DNA from: Acidobacteriota bacterium | Lineage (GTDB): Bacteria; Acidobacteriota; UBA890; WLXD01 | Direction of reading: 5' to 3' | Length of the DNA stretch: 64,000 nt | NCBI GenBank assembly: GCA_963666055.2 | Contig: CAXWPH010000015.1 | Coordinates: 1,856,001 to 1,920,000, forward strand | Shown: positions 54,146 to 64,000 of the stretch, in pieces | Position numbering within the stretch: position 1 is the stretch's first letter | How the letters are laid out: the number at the start of each line of letters is the position of its first letter | Notes under the pieces: generated by a model | What the model saw: only the letters and a program-made list of their open reading frames with translations | Database searches by the model: none | What the model was told of the DNA's origin: nothing | Position numbers and translations under genes: made by a program

Positions 54146-55369
54146 TCAGCCACGACCCACCAATTCGCTGTATAGCGCCAGAAACCGCGCCGTTGCCGTC
54201 TTCCAGCTAAACTGATCGTCGAGTAGTCGACGCCCGGCGGCACCCATTCTCAGTGCGTCCGCCGCCGTCGCGCGCTGCAGCGTTGCGGCCAACGCCGCGC
54301 CATCGCCCGGCGGCACGAGATATCCGGTTCGCCCGTCCTCGACCTTGTCCGGGAGTCCGCCGGTACGCGAGACAACTACCGGCACGCCGTGCGCCATCGC
54401 TTCGAGGGTTACCAGGCTGGAGCCCTCGTAAATTGTCGGATGAACGAACCAGTCGGCGAGAGCAAGCAACCCATGTTTGATCGATTCCTCGACAGGACCG
54501 ACCAGTACGCACCGGCTGCCGGCGCCGCCAGCATGCACGGCGGCCTCGATCATGCTGCGCATCGGGCCGTCGCCAACCAACACCCACGCCCACCTTTGCG
54601 GAAAAGTCGCTGCGGCGCGGGCTAGCGCTGCGGCGAGCACCTCGAAGCCCTTGTTGGGTGCCAGCCGACCGATCGACACCAGCAGCGGCTTGGCTTCGGC
54701 GACGCCGTGAGTTCGTAACAGCGCCAGCGCCGCTTCGACATCGGCCGCCGCGACACACTCCTCGGGGTCGACGGCGTTGGGGATCAGCACCATGCGCCCG
54801 GGGTCCAGCCCCAGGGAGCCTTGCACGACCGGAATCAACGCTCGGTCGGTAACGACAACGCGCTCCGCGGCCGCGGCAATGTAGCGCATGCCCGCCTGGA
54901 ACGGGGCGTAGGCGAGGTTCTTCAGCCACGGAGCGCGGAATTCCTCCATCCCTTGAGTCGTAAGCACCAGCGGCGCGCGCCATCGACCGGCGCGCTTTGC
55001 CGCCGCAGCTCCGAGCCCGCCCAAGCCATGCACGTGCACGATATCGCCGGGGTCGACGATCGCATGGGCCACGCGTCGTGCCCACAGCGGGTAGTTAGTG
55101 ATGCGGTCAAGCACCACGGTTCCCTTGCTCATGCCGATCGGCAGCGATCCTCGACGCACCCACCGAATCTCGGCGGACGGACTCAACGCGTGCTCGGCCT
55201 CGCGCTGCCGCTCGGGATCGCGCGGTTCCTCACTCCACAGCGTGATCTCGACCCCGGCGCGGGCGAGCTGCACGACTTGATCATGAACGTGTCGCTCCAG
55301 CCCGCCCGGACCGTGGGCAGGATGTACCCGGCGCGTGATAATCGTCAGCCTGAGCGGGATGTCAGTCAT
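54146..55369 (-). CDS. GT4 glycosyltransferase
   Basis: GGLERHV, GRLAPNKG, EGSSLVTLEAM. Confidence 0.9.
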   Translation of the reverse strand: MTDIPLRLTIITRRVHPAHGPGGLERHVHDQVVQLARAGVEITLWSEEPRDPERQREAEHALSPSAEIRWVRRGSLPIGMSKGTVVLDRITNYPLWARRVAHAIVDPGDIVHVHGLGGLGAAAAKRAGRWRAPLVLTTQGMEEFRAPWLKNLAYAPFQAGMRYIAAAAERVVVTDRALIPVVQGSLGLDPGRMVLIPNAVDPEECVAAADVEAALALLRTHGVAEAKPLLVSIGRLAPNKGFEVLAAALARAAATFPQRWAWVLVGDGPMRSMIEAAVHAGGAGSRCVLVGPVEESIKHGLLALADWFVHPTIYEGSSLVTLEAMAHGVPVVVSRTGGLPDKVEDGRTGYLVPPGDGAALAATLQRATAADALRMGAAGRRLLDDQFSWKTATARFLALYSELVGRG

Positions 55370-56612
55370 CCTGGCTCTCCCGCACAGCGCGCTCATAGAG
55401 TTCCCTGATCCGCGGACCCACTACCGTCGGCGCGAATCGTTGCCGAGCGCTCGAGAGCGCCGCCGCGCCAACGCGCCCCCGAGTTTCCTTATCGGCGACT
55501 GCGACAAGGGCCGCGGAGAGGTCTGCGAGGTTGCTGAACAGCCAGCCGTCGACGCCGCTGGCGATTACCTCTGGACTGCCGCCCGTGGCTCGGGCGATGA
55601 CCGGGGTACCCACCGACATCGCCTCGAGAATCACTCGCGCCAGGGGCTCCTCCCAGGCGCTCGGCAGCACTACGGCCTTCGCGGCACGCATCAATCGAAG
55701 GGTCGCCACCTCCTCGGTCCAGCCGACCAGACGAAGGTCAATCCCCCGGGTTCGGGCGCGCTGGCGCATTTGCCGCTCGGCGGGCCCGGCTCCGGCCACC
55801 ACCAGCGGCCAAGAACAACCTGCGTCGGCGAGCTCGTCGACGACCCGATCGAACCCTTTGGCGGCGTTCAGCTTCCCCACCGCCAACAGGTACGCATCCG
55901 GGAGCGAGGCGCCAACGTATGCCGAACTGACCAAGCGCGCCGAACGATCTGGATCGATGATATTCGGCAGCACTACGACGCGCGCCGCGAGGATCGACAG
56001 GCGCTGCTGCACCGCGGCGCTCACCGCGATCACACCATGCGCTCGTGACACCATGGCTTGCCGGGCGCGCAGCCTGCGGTGCCCCCAGCCGGCGAGAGTT
56101 GCCGCCAGTGGCCATGGCAAGCCGGTCAGTCGGGCGATCTGTTCGGGCATCGTTGCGCCGGTGCCGTCAGCCCATACGACCCCGTCGAGCTGTACGGGCC
56201 AGTAGTCGCGCACGGTGATCAGCGCTGCCCGACCGGCGGCTAACGCCGCCGCGATCGCCCCCGGGCCACTGTGAAGGTGCTGGCCGTGAACGACGTGGAT
56301 CTCCGGGCGGGCCCGGATCCTCGCCGCGACCGCGGCGCGTACCGGGTCGAACGAGTAGTCATTGGCGCCCAGGCGCCGACGAAGCGTTCGAGCCGCCCCG
56401 ATGGCGACGCGCCGAACTGAGATGCCCTCATATTCGCGGACTTCGCTTCGCCCCGAGCGACTGTCGACCTCGAGCACCTCGACCGCGTAGCCCGAAGCCG
56501 CCAAGGACTGCGCCAGGGCATGGGTGCTCCAGCCGCTACCGCCACAACCCGGCGGGTACGCGTCGGTGACCAACAGAACGCCCGGGGACATTCGCCGTCC
56601 GCCGTTTGTCAT
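55362..56612 (-). CDS. GT4 glycosyltransferase
   Basis: YPPGCGGSG, VGKLNAAKG, PSAWEEPLARVILEAM; start at ATGA overlap. Confidence 0.88.
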   Translation of the reverse strand: MTNGGRRMSPGVLLVTDAYPPGCGGSGWSTHALAQSLAASGYAVEVLEVDSRSGRSEVREYEGISVRRVAIGAARTLRRRLGANDYSFDPVRAAVAARIRARPEIHVVHGQHLHSGPGAIAAALAAGRAALITVRDYWPVQLDGVVWADGTGATMPEQIARLTGLPWPLAATLAGWGHRRLRARQAMVSRAHGVIAVSAAVQQRLSILAARVVVLPNIIDPDRSARLVSSAYVGASLPDAYLLAVGKLNAAKGFDRVVDELADAGCSWPLVVAGAGPAERQMRQRARTRGIDLRLVGWTEEVATLRLMRAAKAVVLPSAWEEPLARVILEAMSVGTPVIARATGGSPEVIASGVDGWLFSNLADLSAALVAVADKETRGRVGAAALSSARQRFAPTVVGPRIRELYERAVRESQDD

Positions 56613-57997
56613 CCGCCCCCGCCTGGCGCATTCTCGACCAGCGACCAGCGATCGGTAAAGAACCGCCAAGCCACACCGGCGGTACGCTGTGGCACACGCA
56701 CGAGCTGGTTGAGCACGATCGTTCGCATGGCGACCGGCTGGTCGCGCGGGATCATGCCGGTGGCGTACTGCAGCGCCAAGCCGAAGTTCCAGACGATCAG
56801 GGCGGCCAGCGCGACGGCAATCCATCGACGCCCCACCGACACTCGCTCGACCAGGGCCGCCAGCCCCAGCGCAAAGACCGGAACGAAGTTGATGAACCGC
56901 CGCGCACCGAACGAGGCGCCGCCAGCCCAGGTGGCATAAGAACCGACCACCAAGACCTGCGCCAGGAATGCCGCCGCCATTCCGCTTGCCAGCACCGGGT
57001 GCTTGCGACCGAAGAACCACAGTCCCGCCGTGCCCATCAAGGTGATCGGGGTCCACGAGTAGAGCCCGTGGAAGCCGGAAAAGAGGACCTCCAGAGCGTG
57101 GCGCGGATAGAGGGCGAACTTGTCGAGGACAAACGGGCTCGGGCTGAAGTTGCCATGCAAGGCCCGGTACACGAGAAGTTGCGGTGCGACGACTACGCCG
57201 ACGGCGATCGTCAAGAGGGCCACGCCCCGCATTCGTTGCAGGGCGGCGCGGGGCCCCTGCCGCCGCACATCTGACAGCAGCCTGTAGCCCTCGTCCACCG
57301 CCGGCGGGATAAACAGCAGCCAGTTCAGCTCCCGCACCAGCACCATCAGACCACCGGCGGCGCCGAGCGCCAGCCACTGAAGAGGCGAGCGGTCAGAGCG
57401 GGTGCGCAACCAAATCCACAGAAACAGGGCAACCGCGAACAGCGAGCTAGCGTGCGCCATCGGCGGGGTAATGTACAAATAGAAGACCAGCGTCGAGGCG
57501 AACCACATACCCAGGACGGCGAAGCGCGAGGCCCGAACGCCGTAAAATCGCCGGCAGATACGGTAGGTCAGCGCCAGCCCGAATAGGCCCCAGAACAGCG
57601 AGCCGACGCAGACCCCCCAGACGTGGATCGCGCCGTAGCCGCTGCGGTCCACGTCAGCGCCGACGGTGCCAGCAACCACGGCGACAAGATCGGCAACGAC
57701 GTAGAAAGGCAACCACAAGACGGCGGTGCCGATCGGCGCATCGTTGAGCCGACGACCGGTGACGGTGGGGGAATCGCGCAGGTTGTGAAGCCAGGCGTTG
57801 CCCACCGGGTCACGGCGCAGGAGTAGATCGTAGTCGTTGAAGTAGTCCACGTCGCCGTCGAAATACGCCGAGCGCAGGTGGGTGATGTATTTGATCTCAT
57901 CGGCTCCGTACAGCCGCGGCGTGAACAGTGGCAGGGCGACCATGGCAGCGAGGATTAACGCGGCCCACTCACGACGCCAGGAGTACGAATCGGACAT
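56609..57997 (-). CDS. Multi-pass GT-C-like glycosyltransferase
   Basis: ADEIKY acidic first loop, many TM helices, WAGGASFGARRF. Confidence 0.75.
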   Translation of the reverse strand: MSDSYSWRREWAALILAAMVALPLFTPRLYGADEIKYITHLRSAYFDGDVDYFNDYDLLLRRDPVGNAWLHNLRDSPTVTGRRLNDAPIGTAVLWLPFYVVADLVAVVAGTVGADVDRSGYGAIHVWGVCVGSLFWGLFGLALTYRICRRFYGVRASRFAVLGMWFASTLVFYLYITPPMAHASSLFAVALFLWIWLRTRSDRSPLQWLALGAAGGLMVLVRELNWLLFIPPAVDEGYRLLSDVRRQGPRAALQRMRGVALLTIAVGVVVAPQLLVYRALHGNFSPSPFVLDKFALYPRHALEVLFSGFHGLYSWTPITLMGTAGLWFFGRKHPVLASGMAAAFLAQVLVVGSYATWAGGASFGARRFINFVPVFALGLAALVERVSVGRRWIAVALAALIVWNFGLALQYATGMIPRDQPVAMRTIVLNQLVRVPQRTAGVAWRFFTDRWSLVENAPGGGG

Positions 57998-58083
57998 TGG
58001 CGGATCCGGGGGCGACAGGCGCCGTCCGCTGGCGCAGGTGAATGGGCGCGCAAGCCCGGTCAAGGCGGGCGCGGCGGCCCTGA

Positions 58084-59256
58084 TTATATCGCGCTGCGAA
58101 TCGTCTCCAGCAGTTCGTCCGAGCCCCGCTGCCATGAGAAACGCGACGCCACCAAAAGGCGTCCTGCTGCCCCCATTTGACGCGCCTTGGCCGGCGAGGA
58201 AAGAACCTCTTCAATCGCGGCGGCAATCGCTTGCGCATTCGCATCGACCAGGCGTCCGGTGCGGCCGTCGTCGACGTTGTCGACAACTCCGCCCTCCGCC
58301 ACCGCGACGACCGGCAGCCCGCAATAGGCAGCTTCAGCAACCGTCAGCCCGAGCGACTCCTGGCGCGCCGCGTGCACGTAACACAACGCCGTACAGTATT
58401 GATGCGGCAGCTCGTCGTCCGGAACGAACCCCGCAAACTGCACGCGTTCTTGTAGGCCAAGCTGCAGCGACAGCGTCTCGAGGCGCGCTCGCTCAGGCCC
58501 ATCGCCCACCACTAGCAGCGTCGGCGGCGTTCGTTCATCGCCGATCGGATGAGTGAGAAACGCCAGAGCCCGCAACACCAGGTCGACCCGTTTGCGCGGG
58601 TGCAGGGTGTTGACCGTCAGGAGGCTGTAACGTGGTGCGGCGGCCGTGGCCCGGGCGACGTCGAGCGCCGCGTGATCAAGCCCATTTGTCAACGCTTGAG
58701 CGCCGCGACCGTAGACCGAAGCGATACGGCCAGCGGAATAGGGTCCCGCCGTGGTAATGGCGTCGACAGCACGAACGAACCACCTGTCGACGGGACGGTA
58801 CAGCGCGATCAGGGGGGCGAGCAGGAACCGCATCGCACCAACCCTGCGTAAGATGCTGGCGCGATCCTGATACAGAACGCGCGGTGGCTCGAAGCAGTGG
58901 TAGATCACCGGGCCACGCCAGCGGGGCAGGAGTTTCAACAGCGCGGCAATCGGAAGCGACGGCCCGCCGCACAGCACATGGGCGTCAGCATCGCGCTGCA
59001 TGTGACGCAGCAGCGCAGGAGATCGCAGGTACTCTGCCAGGGCGTTCATGTAATGACTGTGCCACCAGTCGAGGCGCGCGCCCGACACCGCCAACGTGAC
59101 ACCTGGCGCCACGAGTGCTTGGCACGACTCATCGAATTGGTGGCAGACGACACGCACGCGATGGCCGTGGTGCGCCAGGCCGGCGGCCCACTCCAGCAGC
59201 GACCGCTCAGCCCCCGACAGGCTCTTGAACCGCGGGAAGACTATGTCGATGTGCAT
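58084..59256 (-). CDS. GT4 glycosyltransferase
   Basis: SGAER, RKRVDL, VGDGPER, ESLGLTVAEA. Confidence 0.88.
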   Translation of the reverse strand: MHIDIVFPRFKSLSGAERSLLEWAAGLAHHGHRVRVVCHQFDESCQALVAPGVTLAVSGARLDWWHSHYMNALAEYLRSPALLRHMQRDADAHVLCGGPSLPIAALLKLLPRWRGPVIYHCFEPPRVLYQDRASILRRVGAMRFLLAPLIALYRPVDRWFVRAVDAITTAGPYSAGRIASVYGRGAQALTNGLDHAALDVARATAAAPRYSLLTVNTLHPRKRVDLVLRALAFLTHPIGDERTPPTLLVVGDGPERARLETLSLQLGLQERVQFAGFVPDDELPHQYCTALCYVHAARQESLGLTVAEAAYCGLPVVAVAEGGVVDNVDDGRTGRLVDANAQAIAAAIEEVLSSPAKARQMGAAGRLLVASRFSWQRGSDELLETIRSAI

Positions 59257-59275
59257 CGGCTGCACTTCGCCTGCC

Positions 59276-60511
59276 TCAGACACGAGCGGCTCGATAGATT
59301 CGCTCGAAGGATTTGGCGATCCGCGTCCAATCGAGCTCGGCCTCGGCATTGCTACGGGCGCGAGTTGCTACCTCCCGACGCAATTGCGAATCACCGAGCA
59401 GGCGCATGAGAGCAAACGCCAGCGCTGTGGCATCGCGCTCCGCGACGAGCAGACCGTTCTCGCCGTCGACAACCACGTCGGGAATTCCCGCGACGGCGCT
59501 GGCAACTACCGGGGTGCCACTCGAGAGCGCTTCCATAAGCGTGTTCGGCAGGCCGTCGACGTTGCCAGAGGGGCCGTGTACAGACGGTACGACGACCGCC
59601 TCAGCGGCGGCGAAATAGCTCGGCAGCTCGAGGTGCGGAACGGATCCCGCAAACACTACTCGTGAGGCCACGCCGGCGCGTTCTGCCTGCTCCCGCAGTT
59701 CCCGTTCGAGCGGCCCGGCGCCGACGATCAGCGCTCGTGCCTCGGGCTGTGCGGCGAGCAATCGTGGCATGGCTTCGATCAACACGTCGAAGCCTTTCTT
59801 GTAGACCAGTCGGCCGACGGCCAGCACCCACGGGGCGGCGGCGGGCAGATCGTGCCGAGCTGCTAGCTCCCGCCGCACCGCCTGACGCTCTGGCATGTCG
59901 AGCGGCGCGAAGCGCCGTGTATCAACGCCGTACGGAAGGCGCTGTGGGTTGGGGCCCTCGCCGATCGCTGCAACGCGGCTGACCAGGTCGGCCGAGCATG
60001 CGGTGACCGCAGCGCTGCGCGCCAGCGCGTACGCGGCCAACCGACGCACCCAGGAGAATCGCTCGGCGAGGAACACGCCGCTGCCGTGGCACGAGATCAC
60101 CATCGGCGGGCCATTGGCTCCCCGGGCGGCCGCGACGATCGGCGCGTTCGGAACCAGCCAGTGAGCGTGCAGCAGATCGTAATCGTGCTGAGCCCGCAGA
60201 CGGCAGATGGCGCGCCAGGCGGTCAACGCAGCGGGAATCGCCGCCACATAGGCGTCGGGTCGCAATCGCCGATCTGCGGAGAGCGCTTGCGCGTAGCCCC
60301 AGGGGTGCCATCTCCGGGTGGGCGTGTAACGAAACGCCCGCAGCTTCACGTCCGAGTCGGGCCTCTCGAGTTGCAGGTCCGGATGCCATGGCAGCAACAC
60401 ATCAATGTCATGCCCTAGGCGGGCGAGCCCCTCGCAGATTTCCTGCACGAAGACGGCGTTGCTATCGCCTGCATGCAGCGGATAGGTAGTGGCGAGATGA
60501 AGGACGCGCAT
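59276..60511 (-). CDS. GT4 glycosyltransferase
   Basis: HAHW, VGRLVYKKG, DGLPNTLMEA. Confidence 0.9.
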   Translation of the reverse strand: MRVLHLATTYPLHAGDSNAVFVQEICEGLARLGHDIDVLLPWHPDLQLERPDSDVKLRAFRYTPTRRWHPWGYAQALSADRRLRPDAYVAAIPAALTAWRAICRLRAQHDYDLLHAHWLVPNAPIVAAARGANGPPMVISCHGSGVFLAERFSWVRRLAAYALARSAAVTACSADLVSRVAAIGEGPNPQRLPYGVDTRRFAPLDMPERQAVRRELAARHDLPAAAPWVLAVGRLVYKKGFDVLIEAMPRLLAAQPEARALIVGAGPLERELREQAERAGVASRVVFAGSVPHLELPSYFAAAEAVVVPSVHGPSGNVDGLPNTLMEALSSGTPVVASAVAGIPDVVVDGENGLLVAERDATALAFALMRLLGDSQLRREVATRARSNAEAELDWTRIAKSFERIYRAARV

Positions 60512-60558
60512 CGGCCGGCTCTAACCGGTGACGTCCGACGTTGCAGCGCGCGACGGGC

Positions 60559-61599
60559 TCAGGGGTCATCTCCGACATGCCGCAGGGCTGTCCGGGCGCT
60601 GGGCTCCGCGCTCGCGACCCGTACCCCCGGCAAGTCGGTCACGGAAGCCCGTTCGCGCCGTTCGACGTCGCTACGTCGCTGTCGGTACAACACTTCTTCG
60701 ATCAGCTTACGGTTGGCGGCCTGTAGATCCGCCAGCACCCCCATGCTCATGGTTTGGAAGCCGACGATGGCCAAGATCGCCGCCAGAATCAACGACTGAA
60801 CATTGCCGGCGCCAGCGTCGACGAACAAGTATCTGTACAGGAACCTAAGGCCGATTACGATCGCGACCCCGACGAACAACGTGCCGGCGTAGAAGAACAC
60901 CTTCAACGGCTGATACATGGAGTAGGCACGAGCCATGGTCGCAGCGGCGCTCTTCACGTAAACGAACGTGGAGCTCGCCAGCCGCGATGCACGTGGCGTG
61001 TGGCGCGCTTTGATGGGGATATCGGCGATCCGCAGGCGTCGGGTTCCGGCCTGGATCAAGGTTTCCAGGGTGTAGCTGAAGTCGCTAATCACGTTGATGC
61101 GCAGCGCCGCTTCACGGCTGTAGGCGCGAAAGCCGCTGGTGGAATCGGCCACGGTAGTGCCGGATAGCCGTCGCATCGACCAAGACCCCAGGCGCTGCAG
61201 CAACCGTTTTCCCAGCGAAAAATGACCTATGGTGCCCGGGTCACGATCGCCCACCGACATGTCCGCTTCGCCGGCGAGGATGGGCGCCACGAGGCGCGGT
61301 ATGTCGGCGCCGTCGTACTGGTTGTCGCCATCCGTGTTGACGATGATGTCGGCACCGGCCCTTAGTGCCGCGTCGATTCCTGCCTTGAACGCCCTCGCCA
61401 AGCCTTGCTGCTGGCTGAAGCGCAACACAGCATCGGCGCCGTTGGCCAGCGCCACGTCCCCGGTGTCGTCGTCGCTGCCGTCGTCGATTACCAGAATCTC
61501 GACCGTGTCCAAGCCCTCGACGTGCCGCGGGATGGCGGACAGGGTCTCGGCCAGCGTGGTGGCCTCGTTGTGGCAGGGGATCTGGACGATCAGCTTCAT
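60559..61599 (-). CDS. GT2 glycosyltransferase (polyprenol-phosphate glycosyltransferase-like)
   Basis: IPCHNEA, DDGSDD, NTDGDNQY, DSTSGFRAY, two C-terminal TM helices. Confidence 0.9.
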   Translation of the reverse strand: MKLIVQIPCHNEATTLAETLSAIPRHVEGLDTVEILVIDDGSDDDTGDVALANGADAVLRFSQQQGLARAFKAGIDAALRAGADIIVNTDGDNQYDGADIPRLVAPILAGEADMSVGDRDPGTIGHFSLGKRLLQRLGSWSMRRLSGTTVADSTSGFRAYSREAALRINVISDFSYTLETLIQAGTRRLRIADIPIKARHTPRASRLASSTFVYVKSAAATMARAYSMYQPLKVFFYAGTLFVGVAIVIGLRFLYRYLFVDAGAGNVQSLILAAILAIVGFQTMSMGVLADLQAANRKLIEEVLYRQRRSDVERRERASVTDLPGVRVASAEPSARTALRHVGDDP

Positions 61600-64000
61600 G
61601 GGAGGCTCCGCGGGCCCCAACGTATCCGGTCAACGGCGACACCGAGGGTGCGCCGGTCCGCGGAACCTTCGGTATCCGCGGGCTTCAGAGGTGGTGATGT
61701 TTCGATCTCCAGTGCAGCCGATTTGCCGGTCGGCGACCACTCGGAAGGAACGGCAAAACTATAGTCCCTGAACCCGCGGCGAACTACGACCGTTGCCATC
61801 TCCAACCCGTCCAAGCGGACGGTCACGCGCTGCTCGCCCAGGTCCGGCGGATAGCCGCTTGCCAGCGTGATCACGAACCTCGCCGTCGCTCCATCGACGC
61901 CGGGTAAGATGAAGCGCGACACCGGGTGGGTCCAGCGAAACGACCGCTCGCCACGGCGCCCCTCGATGTTCTCCAGGGTGCGGCCCGCGAGGTAGAGATC
62001 GTCCCATCCACCCACGTCGAGCTCTCCTGCCAAGGCAACTGGCTGCCCCGGGTATAGCCGGTAGAGCTTCGCGTTGATCACCACTGGTTCCATGTTGATG
62101 GGCTGTCTCGAGCCGGTCTGCGCGGTCTCCTCGAGGCGGGCGCTTTCCCAAAGGAACGCCTCGACCGGCTCGGCCCTCAACCAGTCGACGGCTTCCAGGT
62201 ACCCCGTGGTTAGCAAGTACACGCTGTGGCCACGCTCTATTTGGTGCCGCAGCAGATCGAGCACGATTCGTTCATCCATCGCCGGCTCGGGGAGCCGTAG
62301 CATGCCCAGACCCAGCTCGTGCTGTATAGCGTTCTCGAAGCGCGGCAGCCCGCGGCGAGTGAACGGCTCGACCAAGATGAGTGCGTCCGGTGGTAACGCC
62401 GCCGCGAGCCTCCGCATCATGCCGCGGCTGCCTCGCAGATCACGGATTTCGGCGTATCGGGAGCCGTAGGCCCAGGACCGCCAGGTGATCCAACCGGCGG
62501 CCGGCACGACCAGGGCGACTACCAGCGCTGCCGCGATTGTCGGCATGGGGCTGTGCGGCCGACTGCGCAGCCGCAGCCAGGCGCGCTCGGCACAAATGCC
62601 CAGCAGGCCAGCCGCAGCAATCAGCGTCGCCGGCAGAACGACGGGCAAGTAGCGTCGGTACGCCCATAACAGCTCCGGGATGATGCTCTTCCTCCAGAGT
62701 AAGACCGCGGAAGCGAACAATAGGATCGCGACGACGGCGTCGCACCCGGGAGGCGCCGAACGCCGCAGCAAGACCAGCACAACAGCAACCACCGCCGCGA
62801 GGGTGGCGCCGGAGGAGACAAGCCAGACCAGCGTGATGAAGTTGTGCGAGTCCCAGGTGAGCACCGCAGGGCGCAAAAAATACGAGTAGTAGACGGCTAT
62901 TGCGAATGCCGACGCGAGCACGACACGGAGCCGATGCCCGACGGCGCTTGCCGGGTTGAGCGATCGCACCACCCACTCCACCGGGACCACGCTGGCCCGC
63001 AGACTCCAGACGCCAAGCGCCAGGGCGGCAACCGCGACTACGGCCACCCCCACGGTGACCATCCAGAAAGGCGTCTTCGGCGGGCCGTAGAGGGTGTCCA
63101 GGACGTAGGGCAACGACCAGAACCACAGGTGCACCAAGGCATGAAAGCCGAGAACAAAGGAGCCTGCCCAGAGCCATCGCGTCGACGCGACCCGCAGCCG
63201 TCCGCTAAGCGCATCCGCGGCGTAAAGCAATCCGAGCGGCAGCACCAACGTCCCGAGCTCGAGTTTGGTCAGCCACGTCAAGCCGAACGCCCATCCGGCC
63301 AGCAAGCCCATGGCTCGGCCACAGCCGCTACGCTCGAGTATCAGAGCGAAGCAGCCGATGAGGATCATCGCCTGTGCGTGCACCTCGGCGGCCCCGTAGC
63401 GTATGAACCAGGAGTTGGCGAACGACATGCACAGCCAGGAAGCTGCCAGGGCGGCGGCGAGCCCGTTGGCCAGCCGCCGGGTGAGAAAGAACAACGCTAC
63501 CGCCGCCAGGACAGCAACACCGACATTGGCGTAACCGGCCTCTGGCGATCCTAGCCCGGCGCTACCGATTGCCAGCCAGACCGGCGCCACGGGAAGGAAC
63601 TGTGGCACTACGCGACCGGTCTCGGGGTCGTCCAGGTAGAAGCCTGCGGAGCGCGGGCGCGACTCGATGCGCATACGGAAGAAGTACTCCCGCGCTTCGA
63701 CTGGCAGCGCCGCAACCAGCGAATCTTTGAAGGCCAGCTTGCCGCTGCGCAGGAGTTGCGCCGCGGTCAGTCGATAAACTCCTTGGTCGCGCCCGTCGAG
63801 GCGTGTATCGAACGGCGGGGTCGAGAACCAGAAAGTCAGCGCCAACAGCGTCGGGATCACGATGGCACCTGCCCAGTCGGCGCGCCATCGGAATGCTGCC
63901 AGCCCCTTCGACCGCAGCCGCCACAGCACCACGATCCCCGTCGTGGTGGCGGCAAGCGCCAGTGTTCGGATTCCGAACCAGCCAGCCTCGCCTAGCAACA
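61596..64000 (-). CDS. Large multi-pass GT-C-like membrane protein, 5' end outside the window
   Basis: GRDQGVY loop, many TM helices, WAYRRYLP, C-terminal soluble domain (FRWT...RTLGVAVD). Confidence 0.72.
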   Translation of the reverse strand, partial: LLGEAGWFGIRTLALAATTTGIVVLWRLRSKGLAAFRWRADWAGAIVIPTLLALTFWFSTPPFDTRLDGRDQGVYRLTAAQLLRSGKLAFKDSLVAALPVEAREYFFRMRIESRPRSAGFYLDDPETGRVVPQFLPVAPVWLAIGSAGLGSPEAGYANVGVAVLAAVALFFLTRRLANGLAAALAASWLCMSFANSWFIRYGAAEVHAQAMILIGCFALILERSGCGRAMGLLAGWAFGLTWLTKLELGTLVLPLGLLYAADALSGRLRVASTRWLWAGSFVLGFHALVHLWFWSLPYVLDTLYGPPKTPFWMVTVGVAVVAVAALALGVWSLRASVVPVEWVVRSLNPASAVGHRLRVVLASAFAIAVYYSYFLRPAVLTWDSHNFITLVWLVSSGATLAAVVAVVLVLLRRSAPPGCDAVVAILLFASAVLLWRKSIIPELLWAYRRYLPVVLPATLIAAAGLLGICAERAWLRLRSRPHSPMPTIAAALVVALVVPAAGWITWRSWAYGSRYAEIRDLRGSRGMMRRLAAALPPDALILVEPFTRRGLPRFENAIQHELGLGMLRLPEPAMDERIVLDLLRHQIERGHSVYLLTTGYLEAVDWLRAEPVEAFLWESARLEETAQTGSRQPINMEPVVINAKLYRLYPGQPVALAGELDVGGWDDLYLAGRTLENIEGRRGERSFRWTHPVSRFILPGVDGATARFVITLASGYPPDLGEQRVTVRLDGLEMATVVVRRGFRDYSFAVPSEWSPTGKSAALEIETSPPLKPADTEGSADRRTLGVAVDRIRWGPRSLP

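Noticed and set aside
56613-57377. N-terminal fusion domain on the 671-aa GT4 ORF
   Set aside because: Alternative frame of the upstream membrane gene; the GT4 starts at the ATGA overlap at 56612.

Overview
GC-rich bacterial core-genome segment, most consistent with Acidobacteriota (inferred from the ADOP-type permease and overall gene complement). In order it contains: a truncated ApbE-like gene; an ADOP ABC permease interrupted by one in-frame TGA; a vapBC pair; an amidohydrolase; a permuted heme-copper oxidase operon (coxA-coxC-coxD-orf-orf-coxB); FMN reductase and M20 peptidase genes; a DUF5715-like/LysM gene; a DUF3524 (GTDC1/QTMAN-like) glycosyltransferase; four tRNAs; tig-clpP-clpX-lon-engB; rpmE2-prfA-prmC-murA-HIT; rplU-rpmA-obgE-nadD-rsfS-rlmH-dksA-comF; a TPR lipoprotein / gluzincin-propeller-Omp85 operon; dprA-topA-trmFO-tlpA-xerC-hslVU-lipoprotein-dapF; and a GT4/GT2/GT-C glycosylation cluster running off the right edge. 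I see no CRISPR array, prophage, transposase or rRNA. The most notable observations are: (1) a DapF with both catalytic cysteines replaced by serine; (2) a giant LptM-motif/Fn3 lipoprotein with a large acidic insert directly upstream of it; (3) long acidic disordered insertions in several housekeeping proteins; (4) a metalloprotease-Omp85 fusion; (5) recurrent leaderless-type -10 boxes; (6) a hairpin that may bring a distant Shine-Dalgarno to the prfA start. All family calls come from motif recognition by eye, not from database searches.
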